Assembly: GCA_045837725.1 (NCBI GenBank)
Contig: JBEWZL010000296.1
Coordinates: 1-64,000 of the forward strand
Length of the DNA stretch: 64,000 nucleotides
Reading direction: 5' to 3'
From: Vermamoeba vermiformis
Taxonomy: Eukaryota
Shown here: piece by piece, positions 37,501-50,482 of the stretch
Layout of the letters: each line of letters starts with the position of its first letter
Position numbering within the stretch: position 1 is the first letter of the stretch
Notes under the pieces: generated by a model
Database searches by the model: none
What the model was told of the DNA's origin: nothing
The model's input: the letters and a program-made list of their open reading frames with translations, nothing else
Program-made: the position numbers and the translations under genes

Positions 37501-39742
37501 GACAAAGTGTTGACTGACGCGTTGAATCTGCCGAGTACGTAACCCTTGTTTCATGAATATCGTTGTCTAATGACACGTGTCATATAGAGGGTGCCGACAA
37601 GAAGTCTTTTGTGCAGCTTGGTGGTGATTCTCTGTCGGCCGTGAAGTTTGTCAACCTTCTGAACAATACCCTCTCCATCAAGGTACGAAAACAGTTTAGT
37701 GCTAATGGACCAACAGAGTTTCGTATTAATTCTAATTTTAGATGCAACCCGAGGACGTGTTCAAGAACGATAACATTGAAGACTTTGCAAAGTTAGTCAA
37801 AGATCGATGGGAACAAAATTTTAAGGATCAACCTACGACACCTGCACAGACAAAGCCAGACGACAACAACAGCAGTGTTAACGACACTAATGCCAATAAT
37901 ACTAACGTAAAGCCCGAAGAGACTAACCCCACGGTCAGTACCACCTACGCGGAGCCAAAGGAGTCGATGCATACGCTGCCTTTCATGGTGACCAACACTG
38001 AAAAATTCGATCCGGAGTTGATTAAATTGGACGAGAGTATTCAATTTGCATCAGCAGAGACGCGTGTCGCTCAGCCAAAGAACGCGTTTTTGACAGGTGT
38101 CACTGGCATCCTTGGCGTGTTCATTTTGTCAGAGTTGATGGAACAAACAGAATTTACTATCTATTGCCTCGTCCGTGATCGTAAGTAATGCATATTTTCC
38201 GTAAACCAACTAATTGACTTATTTCTAAGTGACTAGCCTTGGTAAAACAAATCCAACATTTGACGATAAGAAGGCAAAGAAGCGCATAAAGTCTGCCATG
38301 AAAAGAGCAGGCCTGTGGAGACATAGATATGGAAAGAGATTAGTACCTGTAAGTATTTGTGAACGTGGTATTGTATAGCCGACTTGCGAAAACTGACTTC
38401 TCGACTAGATTGCTGGAGACTTGTCATTACCCCTCCTAGGCCTCTCGAAAGACCGCTTTGAGCAATTGTGCACCGAAATCGACATCGTCTATCACAACGG
38501 TGCAGCAGTGAACTCCATTCAAACCTACGAGTATCATCGTGCTCCTAATGTACTTGGCACGCACGAGGTCATTCGGTTGGCGGCCACGAACAAAATCAAG
38601 CCATTGCACCACGTGTCCACATTATCTGTGTTTGAAAACATTGGTGTTGGTAAGTACACGTGACCATAGACTTTGAACTGGTTGACACCAATTTTTCCTA
38701 TTTAGGCAAGTGGTTCAGAGAAAACACAAAAATTCGTACGGTGAATTGTCCTGAGTCCGGTTATGGCCGTAGCAAATATGAAGCCGAGTTACTTTGCGAA
38801 CTGGCGAGAGAAAAGGGCTTACCGATCGCTATGTACAGACCTGGATCTGTTTCAGGTACACGGTGGATCCGATTACATCTTTTCTTTATTATTTGCTTAA
38901 TTTGTTATCTTGTAGGTCATAGTCAAAGTGGCTATTTAAAAGAAACAGATTTCATTAATCGCATGCTGATTGGCATCATCAATATGGCGGCTTATCCCGA
39001 ACCATTGGCTTCAAGTCACATCGAATTTACTCCTGTAGATTACGTTACAAAGGCCATGGTCTATTTAAGGTAATGTCAACTTTTCATGAAAACAACTTCC
39101 TAATTTGGATCTCATGAAAAGTTTACGGCCAACGAGCATTGGTGAGGCGTTTCATTTGACCAGCCCGCCAGTATTGTACAAGAATATCTTTGCAGCTATT
39201 TCAAGCTACGGATATTTTCTCGAAGAAGTTCAACTCACCGAAGTTTGGGCGGCGGATCTGTACGACATGCCCGAGAACTTACTCTTCCCTTATTTAGACA
39301 TGTTCACTCGCAACGTTGTGCCGTACGCCAAAGAAGTCAACGACTTTAAGACAAAGCAAGCATTGAAAGGGTCCAATATCACGTGCCCGCCAGCCAATGA
39401 CGCGTTGTTTCACACCTACTTGAAGTTCATGGAACAAACCAAGCTGATTTTGCCACCAGATCCAAATGCGTCACCAATGCTCGACCGGCAAGTCCCTGCA
39501 CAGAAAATCAAAGTTAAGTTAGTCAGCCCGGGAAACATTTAAAAGGAATTCGCTCGTAAGTACAGAGATCAGATCAGTCAGGAAACTTGTTGACACTAAC
39601 CGCCGTATTCTTTGATAGGGAGAATAGTGGCAAGGTTTTTATAGCAAGATCTTGTCCTCGAGATTTTACTCGACGTAGTGCTGACGCGGTCAAACTTTGG
39701 TCAACGGGACCAAAACTGCCTAAAAGAGCGAAGACTGAGTAA
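34584..39742 (+). CDS. ZZ zinc finger fused to a carboxylic acid reductase-like A-T-R enzyme; apparent +1 frameshift near 35056
   Basis: ZZ: CNVC...CWTCANFDLCEKC...HGHEF. A domain: YTSGSTGMPKG, PLAHS, DGYGITE, WFHTGDIG and KLAQGEYVSPERLE. T domain: FVQLGGDSLSA. R domain: TGVTGILG, HNGAAVN, NVLGT, YGRSK and YRPG. The last exon (to 39742) is inferred; an alternative stop lies at 39542. Confidence 0.88.
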
Positions 39743-39804
39743 CAATTGTGAATTCATCGAGCAATTAATAACCACAAGAGGGTCATAGAGTATTAATAAT
39801 ACAA

Positions 39805-41267
39805 ATGTCTTGGACAGCGCACAAAGATCCTGAAGCAGTGAAAGAACACTTTGATCCCGACGACGTCGTCATAGAAAAAGTCAAACGTCTTGCTCAATGG
39901 GTGAGAGACAGCAAGCACTTTACTGCCTTTACGGGTGCAGGTGTTTCTACATCAGCAGGTAATAATTAGCTTGACAGTCTTTACTTAAAAATCAAAAATT
40001 TTAATTTAATTAGCCTAAATCCAATGTAAAATTTAAGATGCGTATTACTTCGCACAATTTATTGTAGGATTTATAACGCTTTCGCGTGCTTTTCGCTAAC
40101 TTGAAGAATCGCATCAGGAATCCCGGATTTCAGAGGTCCCACTGGTGTTTGGACCCTTCGCGCCCAAGGCAAGGAGCCAGCGAATCGATCTACTTCAACT
40201 TTGAAGGCCATGCCAACTGCTACACATATGAGTTTGGTGCAATTGCAAAATACAGGTACGTGTTGCGATAAAGGAGATCCTTAGGTTCAATACAAAAACT
40301 GATCTTATTAGGGTACCTGAAGTATTTAATTAGCCAAAATACCGATGGTTTGCACAGACGTAGCGGTATATCACCAGACAAGGTACGTTAGGATTTATTA
40401 TTATTTTGGATCAGATCTGGTGCTTACCGAAAACTCGTTTAGCTCTCAGAATTACATGGTAATTCCAACTTAGAGCGATGTATTTCGTGCGGAAAAGAAT
40501 ATTTCCGAGATTTTCGTGCCGTTTCGAGCTACAAAAACGGTGCTCACGATCACAAGACTGGCCGTTCTTGTGTATCTTGCGGCGGAGATTTGCACGACAC
40601 GATCATCAATTTCAATGAAAATTTGCCTGAATTGCCGTTAAAGAAAGGATTCCAAAACGCGCGAGCATCAGATCTGATGTTGGTCCTTGGATCCAGCTTG
40701 ACCGTCAGCCCTGCAAAAACGATGCCCGAAACAGTGGCTAATAACGGCAAACGATTGGTCATTGTAAATTTGCAGAAGACTTATTTGGACAATGACGCGG
40801 CCATGGTGATTCATGCCAAGACGGATCAAGTCATGAATCTGCTTATGACCGAACTTGGCTTAGAAATTCCACAGTTCATTTTGCGACGACGAATTAAAGT
40901 TGATAAAAAATTGGACGAATTGGAATTGAGCGGCATTGAAGTGGATGGAACTCCAGCAACAATCATCCAGGGCCTGGAATACAAGTTTAATCAGAATGGA
41001 TCAGCCACGAAAACTGAACAATTGAAGATCAAGCTGGATCTGGCTGCTTATCAAACGGCTTTTATCAAAGTATACTTTTTTGGTAATTATAATGAGACAC
41101 CTATTGATTTGGAGATCCCGTTAAATCAACAAAATGACTTCAGTATTGTTTACGAGATTGGATTCAACCCTCAGACTGGTCAATGGAATATCGAAGGTCC
41201 GTTTAATGTGGAGAATATTATCACTAATAATACCAATACTACATCACGATATTGTCTTGTCCAATAA
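39805..41267 (+). CDS. NAD-dependent deacylase, class IV sirtuin (SIRT6/7-like) with a C-terminal extension ending CLVQ
   Basis: [31 protein letters not shown], ELHGN, two CxxC Zn pairs, DTIINF, LGSSL and IVNLQKT. Confidence 0.93.
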
Positions 41268-41591
41268 TAATTATTTTTGCCGTCAATCATGTCAGTATAT
41301 TTATGGAATTGGATCCAACGCATTAGAAGTGATCTTCAAAGCGTATTAGTCATTGTACATAGACGCGCATTATCAAGAACTCAGAACGCGATCCCCAGAA
41401 TCTCCTCAGTTTGACTTTTGTTGACCACAAGTGACTACGAAATTTCATGCGTACCGACAGCGTGGGACCTGCTCGTCACACAATGGGACGAACGATTTCG
41501 ATAAAAATGAAAATGCTCGTAATTGTTGGGGTCAATTTACGGGAACAGAACGGTCCACCTGTTCAAATTGAATTTCAACAGATAATCAACA

Positions 41592-42500
41592 ATGTCTTCA
41601 AGCACATCCGCAGTATCTTCGACAATATTTTCGGACTTTGATGATTTTCAATGTTTCCTGCTTGGTCCTGAAGACAAGAGCCAGCTCAAGTCATTTGTGG
41701 GACCTGCTTTCGCGCTCGAGCCCTTAAACGCTCATTTAGGACAAGAAGGTCAGCTACAATCAACTAAATTCATCAACTTTGTCGTCGATAAGTATTCAGA
41801 TAACGGATACTGCCTCGCGATCAAAGAAAAAACCAGTAAGTTATCTCTTTTATTAACTCGCTGTCGCATCCAACAGAACACATTTGACGGCTATTAAGAT
41901 TATAGCAATAAATATGAAGATCATTTTACTAATATCCTATGATAGCCGGACAGATAGTAGCGACACTATTAGTCCTCGACTACATGGATGCGCATTCCAA
42001 GGATCTGGAGGCGTTTCTCAGCGCCGAGTGCGACGTCCTCAGCCCTATATTCCACCTTATTGATATGCTCCATGATAAATATTTCGAGACTAGGCCAAGG
42101 CCAACGGGAAGAGGCCAGGCGGTTGAGGTTATGGCGACTGCCGTGAATCCGATCTACTACAACAATGGACTGCTGAACATTATGTGCCATTTCTCCTTCT
42201 TAAACGTCATTCAGAAACACAAGGATGGAATTTTAATTTTATTAGAGCCAACTGGAGCTTTCTCTCAGGTAAAATTATATCTGCTTGGGATCCTCGAAAA
42301 GTCGTAATGAAATTCGGATTCTAAACAATAATTTTACATAGGCTGCTGGACTAAAAATAGGAGGTGTCAAGGTCGAAGAGATTTTGTACTCAGACTTCGA
42401 ATTTAATGGTACCAAGCCTTTCGAAACCGTCCCAAAACCGCACGATCGCATCACTCTGATAACTTTGCCAGCGTCTATCAAACCTGTAGCGCGACATTAA
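41592..42500 (+). CDS. GNAT N-acyltransferase, insect-AANAT-like
   Basis: F..EPL...LG, GQIVA.LL, AVNP.Y...GL and EPTGAFSQ....K.G......Y.DF...G..PF.....PH across three exons. Confidence 0.72.
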
Positions 42501-42678
42501 AAACTAGTTGCCGATGTATTTATATGCAAAGCAATAAATTCTTGGAGTTAAGGGACAGGTGCGGGGAGTTCAATAATTTTTTGAGAACGGATGTATTTTA
42601 TTTTGCACGCACCAATACAATACAACAGAAGGCGGGCAGTGAATATCTAGATAAAACTGTTTATACTATTGAAGGACT

Positions 42679-44013
42679 ATGGAAAGATACACTACTCTCG
42701 GTATTGACAATGGAACGAGTAAGTTTAGAGAAATTCAAAGACTTTCAAGACTTTCGCTTCTATTTTTAATAAATTAAGTAGTTTATTATAACGAGATCTT
42801 GATTTGAATTGACATTAGATTAAAACAAAAATTAAAAAATTAATTATTTATTTTTAATATTTAATTAATACAGCTCATGTACGAGCTGGATTTTGGGGCG
42901 GCGAAGGTCGTAGAGCAGTAACACCTAATATTGTTGGGCGAGATATGAAATCAAATGCTGATCCCCCTCAATGGTACGTTGGTGACGATCTAACAGACAA
43001 ACCACGTCATTATTCAAGACAACGACCAATGGTAAAGGGCGTAGTAAATAATTGGGACCATATGGAAATGGTATGGCAAAATGTTTTGACGGAAGATTAT
43101 TTTTGCGCGGGAGATCTGAAACAATACGCGTTTGTCCTTACAGATCTGACCTTTTCCCCGAAAAGCCAACGCGAAAAAATGACGCAAATTATGTTCGAAT
43201 CGTTTGACGCCCCCGTTCTTAGAATAATAGACCATGCAGTGGCTACTTTAGGGTCCTTGCAAGACCGCACCGGCCTCGTAGTTGACATGGGTTACGACTC
43301 TATTCGCGTGGTGCCAGTACACAACGGCCATGCCCTGGCCCAGCACGGCATTGAACTGGATTATGGAGGCGCAATGTTGACTGAATATATGCTGATGATA
43401 TCATCGGCTGAGAGTAGACAGACTGCTGAACTAATCAAAGAAAAATTGTGTTACGTTGCGTTGGATTATGAACAAGAATTGCTTAAGGCCAAAAATGAGC
43501 CTCATTTGGTACAGAAAACATGTGACTTGCCCAATTATGATGTTTTTACTCTCGGTAAGTGCAACAGATCCGATCACGCGAAATTTCAAAAATATCTTAA
43601 TTTTTTCACAGCTGTTACTAACGATATTTCCTTATTAGGTATTGAACGATTCCAATGTCCCGAAGTCATGTTTAATCCTTCAATGATCAGTAGTACAGAT
43701 CCAAGTCTGCAGGAGGCGATTTATGACGTGCTTATGAAAGTCAGTCCAGACATTCGAAGTGAACTAGCAAACAGAGTGGTGGTGGGGGGAATGCCTTCGT
43801 TAATGCTAGGACTGTGCGAGAGATTGACAGTCTGAATTTGCCAAGTTGTGGCCGAAACAAGAAAAATTTCGAATAATTTCACCGCCCGGATGTTTCATCG
43901 CTCCGTTGTTAGGCGCGTGTTATGTACATCCGGAATGGGAACGTGCAACTTTTATGACCAAGCAGCAATACGACGAAAGCGGAGTAAGCCTAGTGCACAG
44001 TTTGTTTTATTAA
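42679..44013 (+). CDS. Divergent actin-related protein; apparent +1 frameshift near 43827
   Basis: IDNGT..RAGF, YVGD, NWDHME.VW, REKMTQIMFESF, IKEKLCYVALD and ERFQCPEVMF. The C-terminus (TKQQYDESG.SLVH) lies in the +1 frame. Confidence 0.85.
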
Positions 44014-44145
44014 TACAACGTTTGCGGATCTGACAAACCAGGAAATTTTTTTCAGTTCGGAACTATTGGGCTCGATTTTGCCCATTGTAAATAGAGTTAG
44101 TTGTAAAAGCTCAATTTTTTTATAAATACACGTTCAATTAGAACT

Positions 44146-47100
44146 TTAAATATCGCTCCAGTTGAATTCTATTAATGCTGGGGCTTGTCGTTGTGGCCGT
44201 TGCGCATCCACTTTTTGTTGTTGCGATGCACCCGTAGTCAACTGTTGCAATCTCGCACGCAATTCTTCTCGTTGTTGCTCGCTCAAATTGTGTAGCACTT
44301 GTTGCGACGAGTTATTTTCAGTTGGTTTCTTCGTTGTTTTGTCACTTTTACTTTTAGGCGGTTTTGTCTTTGGTCTTTTGCCACTACTATCATATCCAAA
44401 TAACGGATTAACAGCCGTAGCCAGTGTTGGGGCTGTACAGCGGATGGTTAGACACGTCATCATCTTCATCGGTGTCAGATCTGCCTCCACAACAAAACCA
44501 TCGCCTTTTCACGGCCTCCTTCATCGAGCTACTTGCACTCTCGTCTTCATCCTCTGAGGCACTGTTTTGAATCGAGCTCAACATCTCTAAGATTTGACTG
44601 GCTTGGGTTTTGGTGAATTGACTCGGATCGAAGCCAAGCTTGCGAATGAGTGCTGCGGTGGCTTCATCCAGTTGTGCACTCTGAAAAGGTTGTTAGCAGT
44701 GTTTCTGGAACTATTTCCCACAGTAATTTTGAAATTAAGTAAAAAAATTTGTGCGCTGAATGATCACAATCTCGATCAATCTCCCGCCTTATCCAAATAT
44801 GGTATTCACGCCGATCCCGCATGACAATGATGCCACCGGGGACCATTATAGTGTTACAAAACTTCAAGGTTCCACGTGACTGTGGTGCGGAGTGGTAATG
44901 TTCGAGATTCATCACTTCACGAAATTTCACGAAAGAAAAATGTAACGGACACGTACCTCATCAACAGGCTTTTCAGAAGCATCAGCGTACATCTCACCCG
45001 AGTGATAGGCTTGTTCAAAATTGAGCGTGTTGAGGTCGTCAGGACTGCTCTGTTTGATCAGTTGAATGTTGTTCATGGCTGCCGTTGTTTGCGGACTGTT
45101 TGCGCCCACAGTCTCCATGAAGATTTGATGCGCTTTTTCAAAATAACTTAACGCCTCGTCGTATTTCTAAGAATCAAACGTTAGTTAGGCCACACATTTC
45201 GAGTTTCGTTCCGTACTTGTAACTTCAAATGCAACAGTCCCAAGTTGTTGTTCGTGATGCCCAATGCAACGTGCACGTCACCATACGTAGCTTTGAATAT
45301 AGACAACGCTTTTTCGTAGTAATTTTTGCACTCGTCCAAGACTACGGTCCTTGTCGGACTGATTGTTTTTAACTGTCGCCAACAAATTTGAAGCCAAATG
45401 GTCAAGCGTGATGCCGACGTAAGTGTGCGTGTCGCCAAATGCTTTGATTTTGATATTTTTAGCCTGTTCCAGCAGCTTTTGTGCGCGGTCTCGGCGGCCA
45501 GTCGCAGCGTAAATTTTAGCCAAATTGTCCAAGGCAATACCAACTTCCGAGTGCTCAGGACCTCGTTGTCGCGTCAAAATTTCAAGGACATCTTTGCAGA
45601 TCGGTTTAGCTTTGCTGAATTCTTTTTGCGCGAACAAGACCTGCGCCAAGTTGTTCAAGGACTTTGCGACTTGCCAATGAAAATTATCAAATTTAGCTTG
45701 TTTGACGCGAATCACGTCCTCGAGCATTGTTTTGGCCTCTTGGAATCGCTGTTGTTTCGTGTAAACATGCGCCAATTTATCTTTCAAAGCGACCACTGCC
45801 AAGCTGTCCTGCGAGAAGCCATTTTCTTTCAAATACGCGATTTTCAAATCGATCACTGTAGCGAGCTCGGCCTCGGCCTTGTCGAACATGCCAAACTTAA
45901 TGTAGAAATCTGCTCGCTTTTCCATCAAGTCCGCAATGTCAGCCTTGTCGGCTCCAACAGCCTTCATAATATCCAAAGCCTTATTGTATTGTTCTTCAGC
46001 TTGATCTTTTTTGTTTTTGTCGCTGTACAAATCAGCCAAGTTTATGTGCGTCAGCGCGAGTTGCATGTGCGCGTCACCCAAAATGTCACGACGACTCTTC
46101 AGCTCGTCCAAATAGAATTTTTCCGCCTCCTCAAAGTTAGCTCGAAGCACGTCTTCAATGAACGGCTTTACTTGAATGAACTTCGCAATCGCTTGAATGC
46201 TGGCGACATCACCTTCTTTGAACGGTTGAGAAGTGTCAAAAAACGTGTCATTTTTCTTCTTGATTTCCTTTGTAATGGACTTATCAAACTCCACGCCGGT
46301 CAAAGCGGTGACTCGTTCGAATAATTTGACTCGACAGCCTTGCCCCTGATTCACTATCTCGTGCATATTTGGCTCAAGCACGGATGACGCGTATTTGACA
46401 TGTTTTTCATAATCATCTGTACTATTGCATTCAGGACTATAGAAGCATTATAAACATCATATTCAATAATAATAGAAGTACTTACTAAAATATAAATCGC
46501 TTCACGATGGCTTCCTTCACACTAACATCCCAAAAATTATCCGCATCCGGCCTGCCGCCAAAAATTTTCCATCAGTTGGTCATATATGGTTAATACTAGT
46601 GGATATATAACTCACCCTTGACCTAGTAACAAGTTGAAGTAATTTATCGCGAGTTCTTTGCTGCGTGAAGGAATGTCATTGATGATGTTGCGCCATTCAC
46701 TGAACAGCACGCTTTTGAAAGCACGTGCCACCAACTCGATCAACAGCACGAGGTGCACATCGCGGTCATATTCACTGTGCGTGTTGTCCTTAGAATGTGC
46801 ATACACTGAGCCCAAGTACCGCACATTTACTCCGTGCGCGTGCATCTCGTCTTTAATGCCTCGCGCCAAAAATCCTTTGTTCCGGGCCAATTTGTTCGGA
46901 ATAATATCCGCCAATATTCGTCGAGTGGCAGCACGGACCTCCCTATAAGAACTAAATAAGACCAAATACAACCATTTAATTATCACTTACTCGTTGTGCT
47001 CCTCCTGATTCGGTCTGCCAAATTGACAGAACGCGTCTGAACTGAGCGGGACGGGATTAGATTTGACAAGTTCAGGCCTCAGCAGCTTGTACAGGTGACA

Positions 47101-48791
47101 GCTCTTTACCCTGTAAAAAATATCAAAGTCAATTCGGGTTTGCATCATTTTGTAAGGTCACGTGTAACAAAAATCTCGAACAAACATCTAAGTCCCGTGC
47201 AAAATAATAACGATTTCCAACGCATCCTATGTGTATCGATAACATGATGGGCGTCGGGGTATCGAGATTTTTCGCTGAAACTGTCAAAATGCAGCCCGGA
47301 TGAATTTCAATTTCAAAATGTTGCCCCATAGGAATTGTTTGTATATAAATTACTTGGGAATAGGTGCAGCAGCGGGAAACAATCGAGCAGTATCTACGAC
47401 GTAGTATCGGCCATCGAGACCTTGGTGACCCTCGATGTCGACAGGACCGTACAACGTCTTCAACAGCTTGGTACGAGACTCTATCACTTGATGAGGCTTC
47501 AGATTGAGTGTCTTTGTCACTTGCTTTAACATCTTTTCCATGTCGTAATTATCGGCTAATAATCATCGTCAGCAATCAGCGAGTGCAAGCGGATGTGGAT
47601 CGCTTACTTTTAATGTCAACAGCAGCATTAGCACTGCCATATATTAGCGTGTTGCTGCTTAATGGCAATTTACTAACTACGACAAGACAGTGTCCGTAGC
47701 ATTTAACAAGACACATCATTGGGAAGTGCAGATTCGGAACACCGCAAGAGATCAAGGCCGTCAACGACTTGAGCTAAGAGAAATCGAGTGTCAATTACGG
47801 ATATTAATAGTTAAGTCGTACTTCATGGAAAGCAGCCTTTTGAGCCCATTCATCGCCACCATAAAGCTTGATTTGGATGTGATCTCGCGCGAATTTCAAA
47901 AACAAATCTTTATGCAAGTATTTCTCGCCTCCTGCGATACCTCCAGCAGCTATTGGCTTGACCTATTATATGACGCGGTCAATAGCTGTAAACCGATCAC
48001 AGATTAGGGGCAGTACCTGTTTTTTCTCTACTGGCACGTTGATCTCCTTGACTATTTGTTCGCAAATTGGTTTTGCTACCTAAACGATTCAAAGATTATG
48101 GATTGTTATTGGTTGATAATTAAAAGGCGACAACATACTGTCACAAACTCTTGAATAAATTGATCTATGTCGGCTTGTCTTAATGCGATCTCCTTAGGCG
48201 TAAAAGTAGGCCGTTCTAATAATGCTTGGAACCCTAATTATACAATATTGATAAGTAGCGTTACTAATTGAATCGTCTATTTAATAAGTCTTTGTCGGAT
48301 CTCGCGAGACTAAGGAAGGACACTATATAAATTACATCAATTAACTTACGTTCATTCCAATAATAGCTCTTTGCAAAGTCTTGAATCGCACTGCTCAATG
48401 GCTTTTGAATTTTATTTCGAAAATCTTTAACCTCTTCCGACAAGCTTGCGCTCTCATCAAATGATCTGCGTTTAAGTGATTCAGAAGCGGGGTCATAATA
48501 ATTTCCGTCATTTTTGTAAAGCAAGCTGTACGCATCTGATTCTTTTTGAATCTTCTTCGTCTGTTCGATTACTTCAGGAGCTTCATAAAAAAATGCATCA
48601 TCAACGACTTCAATATTTTCGTATTCGTCTGCAGACTTTCGCACGTAATTATCGTCAGCAACAGGATCTAGATCGTTCGCAGGATTGTTGTTGATGGAGT
48701 TGTTTGATGCTGTAGAGGCCATTTGATCGACCTTAATAATTATAAATATACGTAATTACACAAAAATACTATTTACAAGCGTGTTCGCCAT
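44146..48791 (-). CDS. CLU-domain protein with C-terminal kinesin-light-chain-type TPR repeats; 3' end uncertain
   Basis: YYWNERFQ, GPVDIEGHQGLDGRYYVVDTARLFP, LLRPELV..PLSSDAF and MHAHGVNVRYLG. TPRs such as VAKSLNNLAQV and VGIALDNLAKIY. Confidence 0.85.
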
Positions 48792-48937
48792 TTTGCGGTT
48801 TAAAAAAAATGCCAGACCACGGAGATTTCTTACCGAACACCCTCAGGCATTCTTAGTTTAATTGCGAAAGAGAAAACACAAGCACTATTTTTAAATAATG
48901 ACGAGATAGTGTCCAATATTGAGGGCATCATCTCAAA

Positions 48938-50482
48938 ATGTCCTGCAAGCCACATCTGAGCGTGGTCGTTATTGGTCACGTTGAAGCCGGTAAAACAACT
49001 ACCGCTAACCGTTTGACCTATTTTTGCAGCTTAATTAACAGTATTGTTCGTAAGTAATTCAGTTTCGTATTTTCATTAATTTTTTAAAATCATATCTTTA
49101 CCTCGTATTGTTGCTAGTGTGACGAAAATACTGTAAATAGTTATTTATTAATTATGCATATTTATTTAATTTTATTCAGAACCGTGCGAGATAGAACTTC
49201 GATCCGCCAAACAACAGTCGAAGTATGCGTACATCCTCGAGAAATTCGGACATTACCGCGAGTTTCAAGCAACAGTTCACGCTAAGTCGTGGAAGTTGGA
49301 GTCCATCAAGTACTCATTTACTATAATTGACACACCTGGACTGCGAAACTACGCTAAAAACATCATCGCTGGCATCTCACAAGCTGATGCAGCCTTGCTA
49401 GTTGTGTCTGCTGGTGCGGGTGAATTTGAAGTGAGTATCAGTGTGCATGGCCAAGCGTACGAACAGGTGATAGTGGCGTATGCAATGGGCGTCAAACAAG
49501 TCATAGTCGCCATTAACAAAATGGATCTGATGCACGCCATGTACTCCGAAACACGCTATGCAGAGTGCAAAAATCAATTAGCCAATTTATTGAACAAAGT
49601 CGGGCAAGTTCGGGATTTGCATAAAATGACACGTGTCAAATTGAAAAACTTTCTGACATCTCTTATTTTAGATACAAGGCCAATATGATTACATTCGTGC
49701 CTGTTTGTAGCAAGACTGGCGTCAATCTAGGTTCAAATACGGAAGTTTTATCGTGGTACAACGGTCCTACTTTACTGCAAGCCCTCGACGAGCTGCGTGT
49801 GCCGCCTCGTCTGAGTACTCAGCCATTGCGGATCCCGATATTTGGCGTGCAAGAAGTGAAAGGTGTTAGTACGGTAGCTCTTGGCCGTGTCGAGACTGGT
49901 GTGCTCAAAGTCAACGACAAGATCGTCATTGCTCCTGGCAATACTGTTGCTGAAGTTAAGTCAATCGAGATGCACAATCAATCAATACAAGTGGCATGTG
50001 CAGGAGACAATATTGGCTTTCGTATTCATGGTGCCTCAGTCCAAGAACTGCGACGAGGGTTCGTTGTTGGACACGTGAATAATGACCCGCCAGCTGAAAT
50101 TGTTGACTTTGTTGCTCACATTGGTGCGTTATAATGTCTAATAGCCAACATCTAGTCACTACTAATCGATGCCATAGTGATGTTGCGCTTTACTGGTGAG
50201 ATTCAAGAAGGCTTCATTTCAGTGGTGCACGCTCACACATGCTATGTGCAGTGTAAATTTGTCGAGTTGCTGGCAAAGTACAACCGCTCTGGCAACGAGA
50301 TTGAATCAGCGCCCAACGTGACGGGAATCAAGAGCGGAGATAGAGCCTTAGTGCGCTTGGTGCCGTTGAAGCCAATGGTTGTCGAATCGTTCAGCGACTT
50401 TGCGCAATTGGGACGATTGATTCTGCGCGACAATAATAACACTATTGCCGTGGGTGTGGTCAAATATGTAAATAAGAAGTAA
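48938..50482 (+). CDS. Divergent eEF1A-like GTPase paralog 1
   Basis: VVIGHVEAGKTT, IDTPGL, NIIAGISQAD, GEFE, INKMD, GRVETGVLK, GDNIGF and LGRLILRD...AVGVVK. Confidence 0.9.

Noticed and set aside
44400-44560. Frame discontinuity near the 3' end of the CLU-TPR gene
   Set aside because: A ctaac...tacag acceptor suggests an intron whose donor I could not place, so it was not counted as a frameshift.
45398-46324. 308-aa plus-strand ORF
   Set aside because: Antisense to the TPR exon of the CLU gene; no motifs.
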